A stretch of 64,000 nt of DNA, from NCBI RefSeq assembly GCF_009914755.1, contig NC_060933.1. One strand, 5' to 3'. The position numbers and the translations under genes are program-made. The DNA comes from the human T2T-CHM13v2.0 reference genome, Homo sapiens. A model generated the notes under the pieces. The model was not told the origin of the DNA and searched no databases. It saw nothing but the letters and a program-made list of their open reading frames with translations. This document shows, piece after piece, positions 44,481 to 56,530 of the stretch (its first letter is position 1; every line of letters begins with the position of its first letter).

Positions 44481-47039
44481 CCCAGCTTCTGGTCACTATC
44501 TCTGTCCCTCCTGCCCTGGGGTCATCCTGAGCTGGGTCCTGCCTGCCCTGAAATCTCAGGAGCTGGGGTGGTTCTCTCTGCTGCTTCTCTGCCCAAGAGT
44601 CCAAGGGCTTCCCAGGGACAGTGCTGCACCCTGATGGAGCCCAGGCCTCTGGGCGAAGGACACAGCCTCTCCCAGACCTGCCCCAGACCCCTGAGGCTTT
44701 TTAGTGCAAGGGGACCCCCAGGGCAGGAAGGGTTTGCCTGCCACGTGGCAAGTACTTCTGCCTTGAGGCCGTCACAGACAGGGTCTCTGGACTGTGGTGT
44801 AGTGTCCTGTCATCTCCAGGTGTAGTCTCAGAAACGCCTTGAAATGAAGCCTGAAGGGGAAGCCCAGTTCCATGGTGTGGACGAGCGTGTCTGCCGGAGG
44901 CCTCGGAGTCGCATCCACCGGTGTTTATTGACAGCTGACTGGTGCTGTGCCCTGAGACCCAGGCCCTGCCCTCTGGCACTCAGTCTACCAGGGGCCAAGG
45001 CCTGCACCCTCCCTCTGGGCTCACCTTGGTCAAGCCTCTGGTGGACTTTTAAGGCCCACGGGGAACCCCCCCACAGACCCCCTTCCCACTCTGCAGGTGG
45101 GCCGCTGAGGCCTCTGCAGACAGGCCTGAGCAGCAGGGCCTGTGCTTGTCGAGGCCCCATGGCTCCCGCCATGGCCAGGGTGAGATTCAGAGGGCCACGG
45201 AGCCTGCGGTGGGGCCCTGGGGTTTGACACTGGGGCCCTGCCTGGAATGGGGCCTTGGTGTGATGGGAGCTGGGGGTGGGGTGGAGCCTGCCTGGGCCGA
45301 GGGGCTGTCTGGTCGGGAGCGATTCTTCAGCAGCAGAGACTTGAGTCATGGCTGGGGCCTCCTGGCCTCTGGGGGGACCTTAAGACATTTTTTCCATGGA
45401 AAGTAGCTGCTGGCTCTCTGCTTACCGGGGAGCTCTCTGTCCCCTCCCACTGCCTGCTGAGGGTTTGGTGGGGGCTGCTTCACTTCTTTGCTGGACTTTC
45501 CACTGGCCTGGATGGGCCGAGAGCTCCAGGCAGGGACCGGACAGCCAGACTCTGGACCCAGTCCCAGCCTGCAAGTGCCTGTCCTCTGAGCCTGAGTTTT
45601 GCCTTCTGCCAGGGTGAGGGCTCTGGGTGAGGCTAGACGCTGAATGGCAAGGACTGGGCTGTGATGGGACGCTGGGCTCCAGGTCTCTGTTAACTCTTTA
45701 AGGGAAAGGTGGGGCGGGATATGGAGGGAGTGGCGCGCATCATCCTCCCGGAGCCTGCAGAAATCCAGGCGAAATTGGCACATCTTTTGGGAATTTGCAG
45801 GTGCTGCTGAATTTAGGAGAAGCCACCCTGAAAACTTGCTCAGGGGTTGCCCTGGTCTCTGACCCAACAGCTGGTGGGGGAGGCACCCACCTGGCCTGTG
45901 TGACCCCCAGCTAGTTCTTCGCTGGGCGACACTGGCCATAAACAGGTCAGTCAGAAGCCTGCCCTGAACCCCTCGAAGGCCTCATCCCTCCCTATGGGAG
46001 ACCAGGATGGCGGCTCTGGAGCTCAAGGCCGTGCACTGGAGGTGGGCCTGGGCTGTGGGGCAGGATCTGCCGTGGTCAAACGTGGGTCAGTGTCAACTGG
46101 GAAAGCAGAAGTCTGCGGCCAAGCTGGGGACCTCCCTTCCCTCTTCTCCCTGCAGCATGTGGCGGGGGCAGGGTGAGGTCAGGGAGAATGGCAGATAGGA
46201 CAACCTCATGGGTCATGAGTCATGAGGCTGGGTATGGGTGCAGCTAGGAAGGGCCCAAGGTGAATTTTCTCCAAGAGAGCTTTACGAAAGGGACCTGGGG
46301 ACTCACAGGGGCGGCTTCGTGACCATCCCAACCCCAACCCCTCCTCCAGGAAGCCCGTCTGAGCCAGCCCTGCCAGTCTGAGCTCCTACCTCTGTGGATC
46401 CTGCCTGTCGTCCACACCTGACTGCCATGTCCTCTAGGCTTTCAGGGAACACAAATCTTATCTCTTGGGCCTGTCCTGGCTGGGCCTCCCTCCTGCTGGC
46501 TCTGTGGCCCTCATCGCTGGAGGCCTCGCCCCTCAAGGCTCTGCCCTGTGTGCACCGTGGGCCTAGCGGGGCTCTCACAGCACTTCACTGGCCCTGGTGG
46601 TCATTCGGGGTCAGCCCCTGTGCACCTCTCCCGTTACCCACGGAGGACATTTCCCAGATGCTGGAGGATGCTTGACCTCTAGGCCCCTGTGACCAAAATC
46701 GAGCCTGAGTCTGAAGCTGTGGCCTAACTGCGGCCCTTGGGGATGGGGAGGCCCGATGCCACATGCCTCTCTGCCCCTCCCGTGTGCCCTCCATGCAGGC
46801 ATGAGTTCCTCGGAAGGGACTCCACCACCCACTCCCTAGGATGGAGCGTGATGCTCACTGAATCCTCTGGGGTCCTGTCTCCAGGAGACTTTCTGGGTGA
46901 CAGATGGGACACTGAGGCCCAGAAAAGGGAAGATGTCAGCTGAGGGTCATGCAGCAGGTTGGGGCAGAGTCCAGACTCAAACCCAGCGCCCTGATTATCA
47001 GCCAGGATGAGCTCTGTTCTTGGTATCTGCACTGAGAAG

Positions 47040-47460
47040 CGTGTGCATGAGAAGGAAACTTCCGGAGGAGGGCTCGGTTAAAGTTGATGATGCCCTCGCT
47101 CAGCTGGCCTTTCTGCTGTTGGGGCTCATTCTTCTGGAATGTTCCAGCACCTACCCCTCCCACGATACACTCGGTTTCCAACACTCCAGTATGCGCTTCT
47201 GCCGATGGCTCTCCTTCACGTGCAAGCATCGGGCCCTCCTTCCTGGAGGCTGTGCATGGAGCTGCTATTCTTTCTAATGGTGCTCCTGGGCCCTGCTGGA
47301 CGCCACTTTGCTGGGCATTTTGCTTGTTTTCCCTGTGGGGCTGTCACCAGCTGGTGCTGTCATGAACACTCCTGTCCAGCATTCGGCAGGTGCTCTCCTG
47401 GATGGAGTTCAGAAGCGACGTTGCTGGGTCCAAGGGGCATGCCCCTTTTACATTCTAAAA
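47040..47460 (-). mobile_element. Highly diverged L1 (L1ME-like) fragment
   Basis: ttgcttgttttcc...tgctgtcatgaacact...gttgctgggtccaagggg, resembling antisense old L1 3' region. Confidence 0.4.
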
Positions 47461-48254
47461 TTCTATGGGACCTCAGTGGGGCTTTGGTTCTCTGAAGAGG
47501 AATTGTGAAGGGCACCCTGGGGCCTGTTGGAAGCCTTCACCCAGCAGGAGTCACCTATGTGGGGAGCTGTGTTGGGGTCTCTGCCCCCTTCTGGAAGGTG
47601 TCAAGCACTTTTGCCAAACAAACAACTGCCTCAGGCCCTCCCTGGAGAAGCTGAGACAATAGGTGACCAGGGCATGACGGGTGGTTGCAGGAGACGGGAC
47701 CACAGGCTCTGGAGCTCCTTAGCTGGACAGAGCAGCTCCCTGAGCTCAGAGAAGCCCTGTCCTGCTCGTTAGAGGGCTGTTCAGCCTAGTCCTGGATGGG
47801 TGTGGCTGTCAGCAGGTAGGTGACTTTTATGAGACAGTCTGCCCACACTTCATTGCCTATCCCTCTGCCTGTGGGGAGGCGGGGTGCTGTGGGCTGGGCA
47901 GGGCGGTAAAGGAAGGCCTGTGGCTCCATGGTTGGGGGCCTTCTCCCCCTCCCTCTGCTGGTGCTGTCTCCTGACCTGGCTGCTCTGAGCCTCTCTAGAG
48001 GGCTGTGGACCTGCTACTTCATCCTTTGTGTACATCATCCTGTCACAGGGTCCTCGGAGTTCCTGAGAGGACAGCAAGACCCCACTCTTACTCCAAGAGC
48101 CCCACATTGGGAGGGGGCTCCAGCCATGTGCCCATGGGGGGCTGAATGGGAAAAGACACATGAGTGAAAGGTGCCACACATGCCCGAGGTTTGCGTCCTG
48201 GTGAAAATCTTCCACCTTCTTTCTTTAGGCCAAGAAGGGCTGTGCAGGGTCTGC

Positions 48255-48660
48255 CTCTTAGTTCTCTGTTACTATGTAACAAACCACCCCACAACTTAGT
48301 GGCTTAAAATAGCAGTAATCATTCATCATCACTCACAGTTTCTGTGGATCAGGACTTTGGAAATGGCTTAGTCAATGGGTGGTTCTGCCTTGGGGTTTCC
48401 CAAGAGGCTGCGGCCAGATGTTGGCCAGAGCTGCGTCATCTGAATGTCGGCCAGGGCTGGAGGAGCCACTTCCAAGGTGGCACACCACGAGGCTGGCACG
48501 CTGCTTGCCTCCACAGTGCTGCTTGAGCATCCTCTCAACATGGAGGCTGGCTTCCCCCAGTGCAAGTGATCCAGCAGGCCAAGGCAGAAGCTGCCACGCC
48601 ATTAAGGAGCCAGACTTGAGAGTCATGCATTGTTATGTCCACAGTGTTCTTGTGGTCACC
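48255..48660 (-). mobile_element. MaLR LTR relic (MLT1F/G/H-like)
   Basis: tgtaacaaaccaccccacaacttagtggcttaaaa...ctcacagtttctgtggatcaggactttgg...ccacttccaaggtggc...ggctggcttcccccag. Confidence 0.75.
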
Positions 48661-51237
48661 TGACCCCTCAGATTGCCAGCTGTGGCCCAGCCAGGTCCCA
48701 ATGTGGCCCTTCTCCGAGATGGCTCTTGCAGCACTGCCCTATGGCCCATTTTCTCACATGCCTGGCTCCTCTCAACGGGACCCCTGGGGCTGATTTGCAG
48801 GAGGAGTTTGGTCAGTGCTTGAGTTGAACTGAGCCCCCAGGCCTCCCAGCTTGCCTTCGACTCAGGGTTACGGAGCTCATTGAACTCTGAAGGGCCTGCG
48901 TGGGCCATTTTGTAGCTTGGGCGGAGTGTACAGTGAGAAGGACATGCGTTCTAATTCCCACTGTGTGGCCTCGCACTCATCACAAAGCTCCCCGCCCTTG
49001 GTTTCCTCATCTGTAAAATGAGAGTATTGATGGAACTTTCTCCTGGAGGTTGAAGCACAGCAGCTGGGCGGGGCTGAAGCTGTGGCAATGGGGGCTGTCA
49101 TAACCACACCAACAGCCGGCTGTGTGGCCTGTCAGTGCCCTGACCCCCACCATGGGAGAGGTGTGCCGGCCATGCTGGCTGTGGGAGGAGCTGGAGAGGA
49201 CCGAGAGAGAGGACAGAGGTGGGGGAGGGCACACACCTCCCAACTGCAGGCCGTGGTCAGTGGCTGTGACAGGAAAATCCGGGAGGTGGACCCATTATCA
49301 TGAGGCTCAGGCCACGCAATCTGCTTGGCTGTGGAGTGAAGCCAGTGCAGAGATGTGGGGGTGGGAGAGCATGGGGTGGCGTCCGCTCGGAGGTAGGAGG
49401 GTAGGGCGAGGGCTTCAGCCCCACCTGGGACTCCTGCCAGCACCTCGTGCCCCAGGCTTCGTGGTTGGGGGGCACACGGGAGTCCTTGTGGGCTGGTTGG
49501 TTTCCGATGCGTTTTCTGTCTCTTTGTCGCGGCTGAACTCTGCCTCCTCCTCTTATGGACATGTCAGTTATAGAGCCCCTTGGTGCCTTTTTTTTCTGCC
49601 TCAAGACAGAGGACAGCTTGAAGAGCAAAGGTGACAATTGTGCTGGAAGAAGGGAAAACATAATCCTTTACAACTACTCAACCATAAAAGCCCAGACAGG
49701 CAGGAGGTTTGCACTGTGGGTGAAACGGGCTGCTGGTGTGGTGGGATGGGGGCCTCTGGTCAGCTGGGCCACCTGGCATCAGTCTGTGGGTGGGTTGCCC
49801 GGCCCTGCCCCACCTCTGGAAGATTCTACATCTGTGTAGGTTGCAGGTCTAGAGTCTGTCCCCAGCGTCTCCACGGTAATGGTTTTCATTCCCTGTCACT
49901 CAAAGCTCCTTTTAAGTAGAAGAGAATAAAAAGTTTGAAAAGGAGAAAGGAGGATTCCCACTTTAGGTCCATTTGGCCCCTGACCTCGGCTTTAGAGGGC
50001 GCCGGTGCTCGGAGGTCTCTGCTGGCTACGAAGAAGTGGGGTTGGGGGGCTGCCTCTGCCTCCTGCCTGTCCCCCGGCCACCTTCCTATGAGGCCATCAA
50101 TGCCCTGGAAGCCTGCAGCTGCTGCAGTGTCCCTGGTCTGCCCACTTCTTCCCAGGTTCCCTCTGAGATCTGCCCTTCCCCCCACAGCGGGCTGCCAGTC
50201 TGACCCAGTCACTCCTCAGCTGGAAACCCTCCAGGTGAAGCACAGAGTTGGGGCCTAAAGCCCGCCTTCCAGCCCTGGGCAAGCCGGGCCACTCCTCTGT
50301 CCCTGGATGCCCGCCTCAGCAGGGCCGCCTCCCCTTTGGGTGTTTTGTCCCCAGAGTTTCTAATTCAAACCTTTCCTGACTCCCTTCCACCTGGTCCTCT
50401 CTTCCTCATCCCTCAGAGCAGGGCTGAGACCCCAGAGACCCTGGCTGGGTCGCGGGCCCCTCTGCACGCCCCCCATCCCCCTGCCCCCTTGGAGCTGCAA
50501 TGCAGGTGTCCACTTTCCTCACTGGGCTGTGACGTCCCTGAGGGCCCCGGCCTCCCCTCCCTGTTCCCAGGGCTTGGCCCAGTGTAGATGTCCAGTGGGC
50601 ATCAGGGTGGACGCCATGGTGACAGCTTAGATGCATTTTTGGAGATTGTGATGGTGGTGTTGGGGCCAGGGAGGAGGAACCCCCGTGAGCACACAAGCTG
50701 ACAGCCCCATGGCCACAGAAAATACACAAGGCCCTTTTCCTCAGTTGTGGCCCCAATTCCAGAGTCAACACCAATAGGTGGGCTCCTTCCTGGGCCTTGG
50801 GGAAGCCAGTCTGGGACCTAGGTGGCCAGTTAGTTCTGGGTTTGCAGCCTCGGCTCCTGGAGACCCCGCTGTAGGCAGAGCTCCTGTTCTGTGCTGGAAG
50901 TTTGAGTCCTTTGTGGAGGACACAGTGGGGGAGATGGAGGATGGTTTATGATGCTCTGTGCCCCTCCTGGGCAAGGGGATGCCAGGGCTGGTGAGCACAT
51001 GGGGTAGGAGCTGAGGCATTGTGGGGGTCCTGGCCATGTCTCTCACTTGTGAGGACCTGACACTCACCGGGGCCAGCTCTTGTGGATGACATCGGTGTCA
51101 TGAGCTCTGATGGGACATCATGGGGCTTCCTGGATAGGAAGGGAGTCCTGCCGGCCTCTTGGGGGTAGAGCCGGCAGCCTCTGCCTCTCCTGGAGGCCCC
51201 GGTGTCATGCCTCAGCTCTTCCCCACACCTCTGCGCT

Positions 51238-53675
51238 GCTCACCCAGCCGCCCCCTCCCATTAGTGCCCACTCTGCACCACACGCGCCTCTGCCCGGCTC
51301 ACCCAGCCTCCCCCCCATTAGTGCCCACTCTGCACCACACGCGCCTCTGCCCCGCTCACCCAGCCGCCCCCTCATTAGTGCCCACTCTGCACCACACGCG
51401 CCTCTGCCCCGCTCAGCCAGCCTCCCCCCCATTAGTGCCCACTCTGCGCCACACGCGCCTCTGCCCGGCTCACCCAGCCTCCCCCCCATTAGTGCCCACT
51501 CTGCACCACACGCGCCTCTGCCCCGCTCACCCAGCCTCCCCCCCATTAGTGCCCACTCTGCACCACACGCGCCTCTGCCCGGCTCACCCAGCCTCCCCCC
51601 CATTAGTGCCCACTCTGCACCACACGCGCCTCTGCCCCGCTCACCCAGCCTCCCCCCCATTAGTGCCCACTCTGCACCACACGCGCCTCTGCCCGGCTCA
51701 CCCAGCCGCCCCCCCATTAGTGCCCACTCTGCACCACACGCGCCTCTGCCCCGCTCACCCAGCCTCCCCCCCATTAGTGCCCACTCTGCACCACACGCGC
51801 CTCTGCCCCGCTCACCCAGCCTCCCCCCCATTAGTGCCCACTCTGCACCACACGCGCCTCTGCCCGGCTCACCCAGCCGCCCCCCCATTAGTGCCCACTC
51901 TGCACCACACGCGCCTCTGCCCCGCTCACCCAGCCTCCCCCCCATTAGTGCCCACTCTGCACCACACGCGCCTCTGCCCCGCTCACCCAGCCTCCCCCCC
52001 ATTAGTGCCCACTCTGCACCACACGCGCCTCTGCCCGGCTCACCCAGCCGCCCCCCCATTAGTGCCCACTCTGCACCACACGCGCCTCTGCCCCGCTCAC
52101 CCAGCCTCCCCCCCATTAGTGCCCACTCTGCACCACACGCGCCTCTGCCCGGCTCACCCAGCCGCCCCCCCATTAGTGCCCACTCTGCACCACACGCGCC
52201 TCTGCCCCGCTCACCCAGCCTCCCCCCATTAGTGCCCACTCTGCACCACACGCGCCTCTGCCCCGCTCACCCAGCCTCCCCCCCATTAGTGCCCACTCTG
52301 CGCCACACGCGCCTCTGCCCCGCTCACCCAGCCGCCCCCTCATTAGTGCCCACTCTGCGCCACACGCGCCTCTGCCCCGCTCACCCAGCCTCCCCCCCAT
52401 TAGTGCCCACTCTGCACCACACGCGCCTCTGCCCCGCTCACCCAGCCTCCCCCCCATTAGTGCCCACTCTGCGCCACACGCGCCTCTGCCCCGCTCACCC
52501 AGCCGCCCCCTCATTAGTGCCCACTCTGCACCACACGCGCCTCTGCCCCGCTCACCCAGCCGCCCCCTCATTAGTGCCCACTCTGCACCACACGCGCCTC
52601 TGCCCGGCTCACCCAGCCTCCCCCCCATTAGTGCCCACTCTGCACCACACGCGCCTCTGCCCCGCTCACCCAGCCTCCCCCCCATTAGTGCCCACTCTGC
52701 ACCACACGCGCCTCTGCCCGGCTCACCCAGCCGCCCCCCCATTAGTGCCCACTCTGCACCACACGCGCCTCTGCCCGGCTCACCCAGCCTCCCCCCCATT
52801 AGTGCCCACTCTGCACCACACGCGCCTCTGCCCCGCTCACCCAGCCTCCCCCCCATTAGTGCCCACTCTGCACCACACGCGCCTCTGCCCGGCTCACCCA
52901 GCCGCCCCCCCATTAGTGCCCACTCTGCACCACACGCGCCTCTGCCCCGCTCACCCAGCCTCCCCCCCATTAGTGCCCACTCTGCACCACACGCGCCTCT
53001 GCCCCGCTCACCCAGCCTCCCCCCCATTAGTGCCCACTCTGCACCACACGCGCCTCTGCCCGGCTCACCCAGCCGCCCCCCCATTAGTGCCCACTCTGCA
53101 CCACACGCGCCTCTGCCCCGCTCACCCAGCCTCCCCCCCATTAGTGCCCACTCTGCACCACACGCGCCTCTGCCCCGCTCACCCAGCCTCCCCCCCATTA
53201 GTGCCCACTCTGCGCCACACGCGCCTCTGCCCCGCTCACCCAGCCGCCCCCTCATTAGTGCCCACTCTGCACCACACGCGCCTCTGCCCCGCTCACCCAG
53301 CCGCCCCCTCATTAGTGCCCACTCTGCGCCACACGCGCCTCTGCCCGGCTCACCCAGCCTCCCCCCCATTAGTGCCCACTCTGCGCCACACGCGCCTCTG
53401 CCCCGCTCACCCAGCCGCCCCCCCATTAGTGCCCACTCTGCGCCACACGCGCCTCTGCCCCGCTCAGCCAGCCGCCCCCTCATTAGTGCCCACTCTGCGC
53501 CACACGCGCCTCTTCCCCGCTCACCCAGCCGCCCCCTCATTAGTGCCCACTCTGCGCCACACGCGCCTCTGCCCCGCTCACCCAGCCGCCCCCTCATTAG
53601 TGCCCACTCTGCACCATACGCGCCTCTGCCCCGCTCACCCAGCCGCCCCTCCATTAGTGCCCACTCTGTGCCACA
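51238..53675. repeat. VNTR, 57-bp unit, ~43 highly similar copies, CpG-rich
   Basis: Unit CTCACCCAGCC(T/G)CCCCC(C/T)CATTAGTGCCCACTCTGC(A/G)CCACACGCGCCTCTGCCC(C/G)G; 19-aa periodicity in the ORF track. Confidence 0.97.
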
Positions 53676-54304
53676 TGTGCCACTGCCCATGTCCCTTGCT
53701 TCAGTTCCAATGGGCCTACTGGCCTCGGATCCCTTGTCCACTCCAGGTCTGCACTTGGGAGATGGGGTCACCTGGTGCTGGGCCCCTGAAGTATGCCGAT
53801 GACCTGGGCCCTGCAGAAGTGTCCAGCTTGGGGAGGCGGGAAGCAAAGCAGAGCTCCGGGGTGGCCTTTGATTTTCTACTTCCCCCGGCCCCATTCCAGG
53901 GACCCCTCCACCCTGCTACACCCACCTGCATGCAGGGACATGAGCCGAGAGCCCAGAGGGGACCCGTGAGAAGGGAGGGAGGAAAGTGAGAAGACTCCGG
54001 TACCAGCAGCCTGGAGTTACACTGGGACAACCAGACGCTCCAGGGTGCATCAGCAGAGGACGACCCTGTCCCTGAGCAGCTCCCAGGCGGCTCTGCCATC
54101 CTGGAGGCCCCTGGGGCGCTGTCCTATCAGCACCAAGCAGCTGTGCTCCCAAACTCTGGGGCGTGCAGCCTCAGGGCAAGGTGGCTTTGGGTGGCTGATG
54201 GTGCCCCCTCAGGGACTCTGAGCAGGTCTGAATCTTTCTGAGCCCTTGTTTCTTTAGGTACAAAGCAGAGATGCTTACCTGCCAGATGGAAGGTCTGGGG
54301 GAGG

Positions 54305-54770
54305 GGAAGGGACTTCAGAACACGCCGCTGGGGCATAAAATTATTTTGTGCAGAAGGCATTTGAGTTTCAGAAACCCCTTATCTGAATAAAAGCAGAGCC
54401 CCCCAAAAGAACTAGAAATAACTCAACTGCTGTACATCCCTCCCTGGAGTGGCCAGGGAAGATGGACTCTTATCATAGTCAGTGACGAGAAACCTCCATA
54501 GCACACGGATACGGGCGTGGTCCCAGAGCCATGCTACCCCAAATCTGTCCACCTCAGGGCCCATTTACCTTTCCAAAAAGCCATTCGTTTTCCTGTGTGT
54601 GCCCTTCTCCTTCTCCCCTGATTTTTGTGTACCTCTAAGAGGATATGTAAGCCCCAGATTCTAACCACTCCTCTGAATCCCATTTTCCTGTGGTCTCCCA
54701 TGTACATTTCTACATGAAAACATTTTTTTCCTCTTCCTAATCTGCCTCTTGTCAGTTTAATTTGCAGGAC
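54305..54770 (+). mobile_element. ERV1-type LTR relic (MER34/MER39-like)
   Basis: ttcagaacacgcc...ggcataaaattatttt...gaaggcatttgag 5' portion and taatctgcctcttgtcagtttaattt 3' portion. Confidence 0.5.
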
Positions 54771-56392
54771 ACAGTGGCATCATCAGAGATGGCAGAGCTC
54801 TTTCACTCCATGGGAACTGCTCTTGGAGCCCCTGGCCCCTTGAGGGGACCTGAGACTCGGGGAGGAGGGAGGTCTGCTTATGTCAGGGTGGGGCTGGGCT
54901 GACCTGTCTCCATGCACATCAGGCAGCCTGGGTCCTGTCTCAGCCTGGCCAGCATGATCGACTCCTATTCCCACGTCCGAGCCCTTTGCAGGTATTACCT
55001 CCTTTCCAGAAGGGGCTGCTGCCTTTTGTTGCTCTTCCTAAATCAGGTCCTGGGCCAGGTAGTTTAGGAGCAATGAGGTCCTCAATGTTTATGGCCCCGT
55101 GCCCTCCTTCACAGGTGGGGGAGCTGAGGGTTTAGAGGGATGGCGCGACTTCCCCCGAGTGCCCCAGCAGGTTATGAGGCCAGGCTGCTACATCCATCCC
55201 AGGACCCTAGGGCCCTGCAGGCGGAGGCTGGGACCTCTGCACCCACCTCAAAGGCCTGTCCATTTGCAGGGCGGGACTGCCCACGAGGCTGGGCCTGATC
55301 CAGCTCCAGACACCAACCCCATGGAATCCCAGTTCCACCTGGGGCAGCCTGTGATGAGCAGGTCACCTCACCTCTCCAAGCCTTGGTTTTATGTCTGTAA
55401 AGTAGAGGCAATGTTATCCCTCGCTGCACAGGGTTGATGCAACGGGGCAAGAAATAAGGTGGGGGAGACAGGCTGCCTGCGTTCCCCCCAACACGCATGC
55501 TCCCTCAGGAATCCGATGCCTGTGCAGCCTTGCCAGGCTAGCATGGGGACCTGCCTCTCAGAGGCAAGACCCAGAATGCACCCATAGTATGGCCACTTGA
55601 TCTGGGACCCTGGCAACCTCCTCCCCTGTCTCGGGGCCTCAGTTTCTCCCCCTGCACCACGGGGGGCTACGCTAGTTGACTGGAGCCCCTTCTTGGCCCA
55701 GTTTGTGCAGAGCATGAAACCAGTCACCCGGGTGTCCTGCTGGCCTCCCAGACCATGCGATGCTGCTGGTTAGCAACCGCAGAAACAAACGCATCAAGAG
55801 GCATTCCTTGGCTTTAAAAAGAGGCCGTTTGAAGAGGCAGGCCGGCCTCCCCCGCCCGGTGTGCCCGGCATCTGGGAGGGGCAGGGCTGGGAAGGTGATG
55901 AGTGCATGGCAGCCAGACCTTGGCTGGCCGGAGGAGGCCGGCGGGCTGGGGCCCTGGCTTTGGTCAGGCTTGTTTTATGTCAGGGTGACTTGGGCCGTGG
56001 AGGAGCCGCCGTCTTGCCAAAACAATGTTTAAAACATCTCGGAAAATGTGCAGCCACTTCTTTTCCACGGGATTCATGCCGAGTCTTCCTGGCTTGTTGG
56101 GGAGGGTTGAGGACTGGCCAGGAGGGAGTGAAGAGGGCGGCCACAGGAAAAAGAGTGAGAGACTTTAGACTGAGGCAGGGGCCTGTCCCTGCCCTGCCTG
56201 CCCTCCCTGTCTCTTCTCTCCTTGTCCCCCACCCCTCACCACCCACCCCAGGAAGTCAAAACTCTGTCTCTGTTTCTCTCGCCACCCCAGGCCACCCTAG
56301 GAAGTGGGCACTAAACCCATTTCACAGATGGGCAGCCACAGTGCTGGGGTAGGAAATGAGGATTCTGACCCACCCAGCGTGGGGGCTGGGAG

Positions 56393-56530
56393 CTGGATCG
56401 GCTACAGAATGTGTAGAGCCTCTGCAAAGAGAAAACAGAGGTCCCACATTCCAGATGGAAATAACTAAGAATTTTAAGAGGGCAACAACAAAGCATTAAA
56501 CCAACTACAAGACCCTCCTGAGCCTGGGTT
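56393..56530 (-). mobile_element. MER45A-like (hAT-Tip100) fragment running into the 16-bp VNTR
   Basis: ggatcggctacagaatgtgtagagcctctgcaaagagaaaa...taagaattttaagagggcaacaacaaagcattaaaccaa...gaccctcctgagc resembles the MER45A reverse complement. Confidence 0.65.

Noticed and set aside
43707-44825. Cys/Gly/Val-rich ORFs resembling keratin-associated proteins
   Set aside because: Translation of the 37-bp VNTR, with similar peptides in every frame
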